The translations under genes were made by a program, and so were the position numbers. Shown here piece after piece: positions 54,318 to 60,968 of a stretch of 60,968 nt of DNA. The first letter of the stretch is position 1; the number at the start of each line of letters is the position of its first letter. Below the pieces are notes generated by a model. The model did not search any database, had not been told where the DNA came from, and saw nothing but the letters and a program-made list of their open reading frames with translations. Source of the DNA: Candidatus Aminicenantes bacterium (GTDB lineage Bacteria > Acidobacteriota > Aminicenantia > Aminicenantales > Aminicenantaceae); contig JAOUKO010000002.1 of the NCBI GenBank assembly GCA_029882525.1, positions 1-60,968 on the forward strand, given 5' to 3'.

Positions 54318-55607
54318 TTATCTGGACCAGTCAGGGAGCTTGTTGTTTCCCCTGGATGTGAGACGTTTGAGGTTACGGCCGTCGTAATCGATCGTATAGA
54401 GTTGGATCGTCCCGTTCAGATTGGAGGAGAAGATGATATGTCGTCCGTCAGGCGACCAGCAGGGGGATTCGTTCCGTGCGGTGCTCTCGGTGAGTTTAAT
54501 GATCTTATTCGTCCTGAGATTGAGGACATATAAGTCAAATATCTGGTCAACGCGGGAGACGTAGATGATCCTGTCCCCTGTCGGAGACCAGGCAGGGGCG
54601 TCGTGATAGCTCCCCCCGAAGCTTACTCTCCTGACGTTTGAGCCCTCGGCGTCCATGATGTAAATTTGAGGAGTGCCGCCCCTGTCAGAAGTGAAAGCGA
54701 TTTCGCGGCTGTTCGGAGACCAAGCGGGAGAGGTGTCGATGGCGTTATTGAAGGTTATCCTCCGGATATCTGTACCATCACTATTGGCGACATAGATTTC
54801 TGAGTTTCCCTCCTCTATGGTTGAACAGAAAGCAAGCTTTTTCCCATCGGGCGAAAAGGATGGAGCGTAATTCGTTCCAGTGCTCATCACTTCTTTTCTG
54901 GTTCCCTCATAAGGATTGTAAATGTACAGCCCTGCCTCAGTTCCCCTGTAAGAGGTGTATGCGATTTTTTCACCCTCCGTAGTCCAGGCAGGCATGTAGT
55001 CTATGATCTTATTGAAGGTGAGCCGTGTCTGGTTATGACCATCGTAATCCATCATGTACAGTTCGTCATTGCCGTCTCTATCAGATATAAAGACGATCTT
55101 GGAAGTGAATATTGGTCGCTCTCCATAAATTTTCATGATCTCATCCGCCATTTTATGGGCTACCAGGCGGAGAAGAGATTTGGCGGATTGATAGCGCTTG
55201 CCAAAGATGAATCTCCCGCTTTTCACATCATAGATTTTGCCTTCAAAGAGAAAGTCCTTTTGCTCGCTTTCCGATAAGATGCCGACCAGGAGAAGCGTGG
55301 CTTGGATCGATTGCCAGTCCTTGAAAAATATATTTTTCGGGTTCAATGGCCTTATGTAGCTGTAATAGCTCTTCGGCAGAAGCTGGAAGACGCGGCTGTA
55401 ATCGAGGTCACCAGCGATGATCTGATGGAGTTCCTTTCCGAAGGCCCTGATTTCGGGGGAAGGACTCTGGGTGATAAACTCAGGGAGAGCCAACGGAATG
55501 GCGGGCATTCCATCTTTGATACTGATGACGACTTCCTGCTGAGAATAGAGGATTATCCCTGCAAACATAACCAAGCAGAGGCAAATTGCATACCGTTTTA
55601 TTTTCAT
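54318..55607 (-). CDS. tolB: Tol-Pal system beta-propeller protein TolB
   Basis: Signal peptide, an N-terminal TolB domain and repeated SPDG/WSPDG..I.F propeller blades. Confidence 0.9.
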   Translation of the reverse strand: MKIKRYAICLCLVMFAGIILYSQQEVVISIKDGMPAIPLALPEFITQSPSPEIRAFGKELHQIIAGDLDYSRVFQLLPKSYYSYIRPLNPKNIFFKDWQSIQATLLLVGILSESEQKDFLFEGKIYDVKSGRFIFGKRYQSAKSLLRLVAHKMADEIMKIYGERPIFTSKIVFISDRDGNDELYMMDYDGHNQTRLTFNKIIDYMPAWTTEGEKIAYTSYRGTEAGLYIYNPYEGTRKEVMSTGTNYAPSFSPDGKKLAFCSTIEEGNSEIYVANSDGTDIRRITFNNAIDTSPAWSPNSREIAFTSDRGGTPQIYIMDAEGSNVRRVSFGGSYHDAPAWSPTGDRIIYVSRVDQIFDLYVLNLRTNKIIKLTESTARNESPCWSPDGRHIIFSSNLNGTIQLYTIDYDGRNLKRLTSRGNNKLPDWSR

Positions 55608-56452
55608 TTGGAATGCTCAAATATCAAGTAGATTCCCAGGTACTCGTCCTCATAAGCTCTGGGGAGAGGAGGAAAGGGAGCAGAATTCTGGATGGCCCGA
55701 AGAGCGGACATATCGAGGGAGCGTATTCCGCTGCTTTCCTCGATTTTAAGGTCTGTGATCTGGCCGTTTTTATGGATTCTGAAGTGGACGGTGGTTTGGA
55801 AACTGCCCGTAATTCCGGGATCGACAAGAGAGGTGAACCAGTTCCCTGAAACCCGATTGATGATGTTTTGGAGATAATAGGTAAAGGGGAAATTGGAGAG
55901 TCCGATCTGAGAGGAGAAGGCCGACTCTGGACCGCTTCCTGAGCCTGTCCCCGACCCGCCGGTGCCCGAACCGCTGCTGCCGCCTATCCTGACACCGCTT
56001 CCGGTCCCTGACCCTTCTTCACTGCCTTTTCCGGAGACCTCTTCAGAAGTCGGGGAAGAGGTGGTCTGCTTTGTGATCGGTTTGGCCTTCTGAATAGAGG
56101 CTTTTTTTTCGCTTTTTGGTTGTGTCTCCTTTTCGGGCTTTTCGACGGGGTACTTGAAAGATGAGGTTGCCTCCTGCTGGATTTTCTCAGCGGTGGTCAG
56201 GTCTTTTAGGGTCTCTCTCTTTGGCAGCGGAGTCTCAGCGATCTTTTCTCCTCCTCCTGCAGGGCCTCCGCTGCCTGGGCCGCCTCCCCCTCCTGGAAAC
56301 GAGACAACGTTCACATAATGGATCATCTCATTTCTTCCGGGCTTCGGAAGACGGGGAGAGAGAACAGCCAGGAGGAAGATGGCCACATGCAAGGTTACAG
56401 AGAGAAAAACAGCTCTTTTAAAGGCCAGCTGGCTTTGGTCGAGTGCTGTCAT
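55604..56452 (-). CDS. tolA: TolA/TonB-family energy-transducer protein
   Basis: TM anchor (AVFLSVTLHVAIFLLAV), a Pro/Gly/Ser-rich linker and a TonB-C-like end (SSGIRSLDMSALRAIQNSAPFPPLP). The start at MTALDQ lies 1 nt after the tolR stop. Confidence 0.75.
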   Translation of the reverse strand: MTALDQSQLAFKRAVFLSVTLHVAIFLLAVLSPRLPKPGRNEMIHYVNVVSFPGGGGGPGSGGPAGGGEKIAETPLPKRETLKDLTTAEKIQQEATSSFKYPVEKPEKETQPKSEKKASIQKAKPITKQTTSSPTSEEVSGKGSEEGSGTGSGVRIGGSSGSGTGGSGTGSGSGPESAFSSQIGLSNFPFTYYLQNIINRVSGNWFTSLVDPGITGSFQTTVHFRIHKNGQITDLKIEESSGIRSLDMSALRAIQNSAPFPPLPRAYEDEYLGIYLIFEHSK

Positions 56453-56453
56453 T

Positions 56454-56888
56454 TTATTTTTTTTGGGGGAGGTCCACCGGTCTGGTGACAAGACCGATCT
56501 GTTCCACCCCGGCTTTTTTGGTAATATCCAGGATGGTCATGATAAAGCCGTAAGGGAGGTTCTCGTCTCCTCGGATAAAAACGATTTTCTTTTCTTTCCC
56601 GAAGAAGTATTCCCTCAGCTTCTGTTCCAGGAGAAACTGGTTGATGACCGAGTTTTCAATGTGGATGTATTTATCCTCGGTGATGGTCAAGGTCAAACCC
56701 TCTTCCGCCGGAGCAGAATCCGTTTCTGCTTGAGGAAGCCTGACTCCGATTCCAGACTGCATCATCGGCGCTGTGACCATGAAAATGACCAGGAGGACGA
56801 GCATAACGTCCACGAAGGGAGTGACATTTATCTCGGACAGAGAAGTTCCGAGCTGTCTTTTCCGAAGAGGGGAAGTTTTAAGGGCCAT
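56454..56888 (-). CDS. tolR: TolR/ExbD biopolymer transport protein
   Basis: SEINVTPFVDVMLVLLVIFMV. The ATG at 56888 is preferred over the TTG at 56903. Confidence 0.85.
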   Translation of the reverse strand: MALKTSPLRKRQLGTSLSEINVTPFVDVMLVLLVIFMVTAPMMQSGIGVRLPQAETDSAPAEEGLTLTITEDKYIHIENSVINQFLLEQKLREYFFGKEKKIVFIRGDENLPYGFIMTILDITKKAGVEQIGLVTRPVDLPQKK

Positions 56889-57537
56889 AGAGTCTTTCCG
56901 CAATGCTTAAGAATTCAAGGGAAAAATCCTCTATTTCCGTGATGATGTTTTTTATGCGGTGGAGGTAATAATTGTAGGCGATGACAGCTGGGATGGCGGC
57001 AAAGAGTCCGAGAGCTGTGGCGATGAGCGCTTCGGCGATACCTGGAGCAACCGTGACCAGGCTTGCTGATCTCTGGACCTCGATATTCAAAAAGGCATCC
57101 ATGATTCCCCAGACGGTTCCGAAGAGGCCGATGAACGGGGTCACGCTTCCTGTTGTGGCCAGGAAGCTCATCATGTTTTCCAGCCTGGCAATTTCCTGGT
57201 TGGATGCCTTGGCCATAGCCCTGTTTATACTCTCCAGTCCTTCCGTTGTTAAATTCCCTTTGCTGGATTTGCTTAAATAAGCAAACTCTTTGTATCCAGC
57301 CTGAAAGAGAGACGCAACAGGGCTGAGCTTGTATATTTTCGAAGCCTTGTTCACCTCTGATAAGTCATTGCTTCTGCGGAAGATCTTGAGGAATTTTTTG
57401 GATTGAGCTGAAGCGGATTTCATGGCTTTTCTTTTGAAAAAGATGATCGCCCAGGAAAATACCGAAAAAAAAATGAGGATGAGCAGTACAAGCTGGACGA
57501 CGATACTCGCATCTCCGATCAGTTTGAATACGTTCAT
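56878..57537 (-). CDS. tolQ: TolQ/ExbB (MotA family) proton channel
   Basis: The start at MNVFKLIGDASIVVQLVLLIL aligns with TolQ N-termini. TVAPGIAEALIATALGL. The longer ORF to 57606 would begin inside repeat copy 6. Confidence 0.85.
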   Translation of the reverse strand: MNVFKLIGDASIVVQLVLLILIFFSVFSWAIIFFKRKAMKSASAQSKKFLKIFRRSNDLSEVNKASKIYKLSPVASLFQAGYKEFAYLSKSSKGNLTTEGLESINRAMAKASNQEIARLENMMSFLATTGSVTPFIGLFGTVWGIMDAFLNIEVQRSASLVTVAPGIAEALIATALGLFAAIPAVIAYNYYLHRIKNIITEIEDFSLEFLSIAERLYGP

Positions 57538-57603
57538 CTTACTGAAGAAAAAGTAGCATATGCCAGGTTTAAAGTCAAACTGGCGGTTGGCATGTTGAAT
57601 CAG

Positions 57604-57975
57604 CATCTCTCTTTTATGATCACAGGTACATCTGACCTAATGTAGAGATGCGGCGGCGGTTCCCCTCCATCCAAGCCAAGACCCTCCCACCCACCGCCAT
57701 GGGCTTCGGATAGAAGGAAACCGCCACCGCACTTCCCCACTCATATTAACGCAATAATTCGTTTGACATCCTCTGTTGAGCGGGTCTGGATGCCGCCCTC
57801 TAGCCCCCGTAGCGGAGGGGGGACCCGTCGGCTTATCCGACGGGGGGAACCGACGGGACTGGTTCCCTCGGGGGTCCGGGGGCTGAGGACGGCATCCAGG
57901 CCGCACAGAGATTGCAACCTTATTTACTGCGTTACCATTAGCTCAGATGTTTTTCCCAATGCGGAAATAGAGATG
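57604..57975. repeat. Mosaic palindromic repeat, copy 6 (T'-A-T(+B))
   Basis: Left arm CATCTCTCTTTTATGATCACAGGTACATCTGACCTAATG is the reverse complement of the T arm. Hairpin A stems at 57658-57672 and 57708-57722 (3 mismatches). Hairpin B at 57785-57900. The right TIR ends at 57975. Confidence 0.85.
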
Positions 57976-57985
57976 CTGACTCACG

Positions 57986-58014
57986 TTGACAAAATATCGA
58001 TTAAATAATAGATT
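57986..58014 (+). promoter_or_regulatory. Sigma-70-like promoter for trkH
   Basis: TTGACA-17 nt-TAGATT, 10 nt outside the repeat TIR. Confidence 0.3.
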
Positions 58015-58061
58015 TGGTTTTACATCAAAATGAAGAGTTCGAGCCCGTCAGGAAAAGAGAC

Positions 58062-59399
58062 ATGAAGCCAGAAATACGGTTCCATCCAGCCCAGTTCCTG
58101 GCAATAAGTTTTATCGCGGCCATCATCGTCGGAACACTGCTCCTTTTGCTCCCTTTGAGCACAAAAACGGGCCATATTTCCTTTATCGATGCCCTCTTTA
58201 CCGCCACCTCTGGAGTCTGTGTGACAGGACTTATAGTCCAGGACACGGCGACTTACTTCACTCCTTTCGGCCAGGTCGTTATTCTTGTTCTGTTCCAGCT
58301 GGGAGGGCTGGGGATCATGACCTTCTCCACTCTCATCCTTCTGGTTGCCGGGAGAAGGGTTTCTATGAAGGACAGGATCATCATTCAGGAAGCATTTCAC
58401 TACCGGGCAACGAAAGATGTCAAGTCTCTTATCAAGGATATATTCATTTTTGCTCTGATCCTTGAGGCAGCCGGGGCCCTTTCTTTCTTCCTCCGCTGGC
58501 ACAAGGATTTCAGCTGGCTCAGGGCTCTTTTCCTTTCTGTCTTTCATTCAGTTTCCGCCTTTTGCAACGCCGGTTTTTCTCTATTCAGCGAGAGTTTTCT
58601 CGTTTACAAGGGTGACGCCTGGATAAACATCACTCTTCTGCTGCTTATCGTACTCGGCGGACTGGGATTCCTTGTTCTCCAGGAAGGGAAGGAAGTCTTC
58701 CTGAGATTCATGAGAAAGAAGCAAATCAAAGTTTCTCTTCATACAAAATTGGTCCTCACTTTGACCTCCTTTCTTATAGGATCCTGCTTTGTGTTATTCC
58801 TGGCAATAGAATGGAATCATTCCCTGAAGATGTTCACCCTGAAAGAAAAGATACTTTCTTCTCTTTTTCAGGTCATTACTCCCCGGACAGCTGGCTTCAA
58901 CACCCTGAACCTGAACACCTTGAGCTTCGCCACGGTCTTTCTTTTGATCTTTCTGATGTTTATCGGAGCTTCTCCTGGTTCGACTGGCGGAGGAGTAAAA
59001 ACAAGCACTATGGGAGCGATATTCGCCTTCCTCAAATCCAAAATCGCGGCCCGGGATTCTGTCAACTTTTTCCGCAGGACTCTGCCTGCGGAATCGATCA
59101 CCAAGGCCTTTACGGTTGTGACCCTGGCCTCAGGTATCATCTTCCTCTCTTCCTTTATCCTCCTGATTGCTCATCCCTGGGCAGCGATGAAAGACGTGCT
59201 CTTTGAGGTCTTTTCCGCTTTCAGCACGGTCGGGCTCTCCCTGGGTATAACCCCGAAATTGAGCACCCTGGGCAAAGCTGTGATCGTCCTCACCATGTAC
59301 ATCGGAAGGATTGGCCCTTTGACCCTGTTGTACGCGTTCAGCCGCCAGAAAGCCTTCGGCAGATACGAGTATGTTGAAGAAACGGTCATGATAGGATAG
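58062..59399 (+). CDS. trkH: TrkH/KtrB-family potassium transporter membrane subunit
   Basis: Polytopic protein with repeated pore-loop motifs (TSGVCVTGL, CNAGFS, RTAGFN, STVGLSLG). The ATG at 58062 is preferred over the TTG at 58014. Confidence 0.85.
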   Translation: MKPEIRFHPAQFLAISFIAAIIVGTLLLLLPLSTKTGHISFIDALFTATSGVCVTGLIVQDTATYFTPFGQVVILVLFQLGGLGIMTFSTLILLVAGRRVSMKDRIIIQEAFHYRATKDVKSLIKDIFIFALILEAAGALSFFLRWHKDFSWLRALFLSVFHSVSAFCNAGFSLFSESFLVYKGDAWINITLLLLIVLGGLGFLVLQEGKEVFLRFMRKKQIKVSLHTKLVLTLTSFLIGSCFVLFLAIEWNHSLKMFTLKEKILSSLFQVITPRTAGFNTLNLNTLSFATVFLLIFLMFIGASPGSTGGGVKTSTMGAIFAFLKSKIAARDSVNFFRRTLPAESITKAFTVVTLASGIIFLSSFILLIAHPWAAMKDVLFEVFSAFSTVGLSLGITPKLSTLGKAVIVLTMYIGRIGPLTLLYAFSRQKAFGRYEYVEETVMIG

Positions 59400-59422
59400 A
59401 ATCAGATAAGGAGTTTAGGATC

Positions 59423-60073
59423 ATGAAATTTGCAGTTATCGGGCTCGGGAGTTTTGGCTCCAACGTGGCCAAGACTCTGTATGAGAGAAAAAATGAAGTG
59501 CTGGCAGTGGATGCGAGCAAAGAAAAGATAGAGGAAGTCAAGAGCTTTGTTTCCCATGCGGTGAACATGGATGCTGCGGATAAGGAAAATCTCCAGGCTC
59601 TGGGTATCAAGGAGATGGATGTGGTCGTCGTAAGCCTGGGTCCGGAGATGGAGGCTTCCATCCTTACTGTCCTGTACCTGCATGAGATCGGAGCCAAGCG
59701 GATCGTGGCCAAAGCCCTGACAGAGGACCACGCCAAGATTTTGGAAGCAGTGGGCGCCACCGAAGTCATCTATCCGGAGAAGGATATGGCCATCAGGACA
59801 GCTTTGAAGTTGAGCTGTCCCAACATACTGGAGTACCTGCCTTTGACTTCGGGTGTTGGCATTCAGGAGATCGCGCCTCCCGAAAAATTCATCGGGAGAA
59901 GTCTCAAAGAGCTTGATTTAAGGAATAAATACGGTATTCAGGTCATTGCTATCAAGGAGCTCATTCCTGAAAAGACAAGCTTTGTTCCCCGTGCGGATTT
60001 CGTGATCAAAGACAGCGATATCCTGATTATCATGGGGGAGGAGAAGAAGCTCCAAAAGATCAACTCCCTCTAA
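59423..60073 (+). CDS. trkA: TrkA/KtrA-family K+ transport regulatory (RCK) subunit
   Basis: MKFAVIGLGSFGSNVAKTL Rossmann start (TrkA-N) plus a TrkA-C-type end. Confidence 0.85.
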   Translation: MKFAVIGLGSFGSNVAKTLYERKNEVLAVDASKEKIEEVKSFVSHAVNMDAADKENLQALGIKEMDVVVVSLGPEMEASILTVLYLHEIGAKRIVAKALTEDHAKILEAVGATEVIYPEKDMAIRTALKLSCPNILEYLPLTSGVGIQEIAPPEKFIGRSLKELDLRNKYGIQVIAIKELIPEKTSFVPRADFVIKDSDILIIMGEEKKLQKINSL

Positions 60074-60240
60074 AGTCATCGCCCGAATTCTGTAATCCCC
60101 TGGATCATTCTCATTGCCAGATACATTTGCGGGCAGGTATGCAGTGAGTGAAGGAGAGGGCAGGAGAGAAAGGCGAAACAAGGTAGTTTGCTTGGTCTTG
60201 GAGGAAGGAGATAAAAATCCAGCTCCTGTTATGCTGGCGT

Positions 60241-60968
60241 TCACTTCGATCGAAGAAGGCGAGTCAGGATCTCCAGCGTGACCTGCTTGGCCTGCTTTCC
60301 GCTGGCCCGGGTGGGACCTACGCATGACGGGCAGCCTTCCTGGCAGGGGCAGGCCTGGATGGTCTTTTGAGAGTGTTCCAACAGCGTTTTTTCCAGGTCG
60401 AAGAGCGAGGGGCTTAGCCCGATCCCCCCTGGGTAGTTGTCGTAGATAAAGATATTTGGCTCGAATGCCACGTCAGAGAAGTCCTGGAGCTGCTCCTCAG
60501 GCGAGATTTTCAAACGGATATCTCTGGGCGGGATGGATTTCCCTGTGGAGTTGTCGCCGATGGATACGCCCACATCGTGAAGGTCACACATCATGAACAG
60601 AGGTGAGACATGATGGAGAAGGTAAGCCAGGCCAAAAAGCCCGTTTATCTTCTCCTCTGAGGAAAAAGGCAGGGGCTGGAAGATCTCAGCGGGGATGGTC
60701 AGCCAGTATGCAGTGGTGTGCATCTCGTTCTGAGGCAGGCTCAGGTCTCCTGACCCCACGTTTTCTGAAGTGTGGAATTTGATCTTTTTAAAGCCCACAA
60801 CCTGGGTGGCCACGTGAACCTCCCCGTGTGAGATGGAGCTCATCGCCAGGTTCTTTTGAGCAAAGACATCGAGGATCTTGATCTTGGTATAGTCGATGGC
60901 ATCCGTGAAGTAGTCGACATCGGTTTTTTTGACATAGGCTTTTCGCTGGTCGTAATCGAGCCTTTCCA
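60241..60968 (-). CDS. C-terminal DUF1998 (zinc-ribbon) region of a DEAD/DEAH-box helicase, partial
   Basis: CPCQEGCPSCV four-Cys motif near the C-terminus, typical of the MrfA/YprA-type DUF1998. The frame stays open upstream of the listed Met to the window edge (…ERLDYDQRKAYVKKTDVDYFTDAIDYTKIKILDVFAQKNLAM…). Confidence 0.65.
   Translation of the reverse strand, partial: ERLDYDQRKAYVKKTDVDYFTDAIDYTKIKILDVFAQKNLAMSSISHGEVHVATQVVGFKKIKFHTSENVGSGDLSLPQNEMHTTAYWLTIPAEIFQPLPFSSEEKINGLFGLAYLLHHVSPLFMMCDLHDVGVSIGDNSTGKSIPPRDIRLKISPEEQLQDFSDVAFEPNIFIYDNYPGGIGLSPSLFDLEKTLLEHSQKTIQACPCQEGCPSCVGPTRASGKQAKQVTLEILTRLLRSK

Overview
This is a 61-kb chromosomal segment from a diderm bacterium. It carries LPS transport and lipid A genes, Tol-Pal and sigma-54; the taxon cannot be assigned from sequence alone. 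Coding density is high and almost all genes are housekeeping. In window order they are:
- Left end: the tail of a sigma-54 enhancer-binding protein, then two tandem GspG-like pseudopilins, plsC and gmhA.
- A divergent PEPCK-like gene next to an aminotransferase fused to a P-loop kinase-like domain.
- Flotillin, UDP-glucuronate decarboxylase, rph, lpxL-like, lpxK, comEC, the methylmalonyl-CoA mutase catalytic subunit, eno, and a BtuFCD-like ABC importer.
- leuS-lptE-holA, rpsT, murJ, dtd, and ftsY-ribD-ribE-ribBA.
- recJ, a 628-aa LptC/LptA-like protein, and lptB-rpoN-hpf-ptsN-hprK-rapZ-EIIA(Man)-ptsH-ptsI.
- cobB, ssb, tolQRA-tolB-pal-cpoB, trkH-trkA, and the DUF1998 end of a helicase at the right edge.

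I saw no rRNA, tRNA, CRISPR array, transposase or integrase.

The most unusual content is non-coding. A mosaic, nested family of palindromic repeats occupies six intergenic regions, mostly divergent promoter regions, and I cannot assign it to any named element. It has 17-bp terminal inverted repeats, a 15-20-bp-stem hairpin with a C-rich CCTCC-type loop, and an optional 115-bp GC-rich hairpin module. Two smaller repeat families accompany it.

Other points of interest:
- Two near-perfect sigma-54 promoters. One sits in front of the pseudopilin pair, with candidate UAS and IHF sites. The other sits in front of an orphan 77-aa ORF just downstream of the rpoN/PTS-Ntr cluster.
- The aminotransferase-kinase fusion adjacent to the PEPCK-like gene.
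- The fused LptC/LptA-like protein.

All calls come from reading the sequence and the ORF translations. No database search was run.
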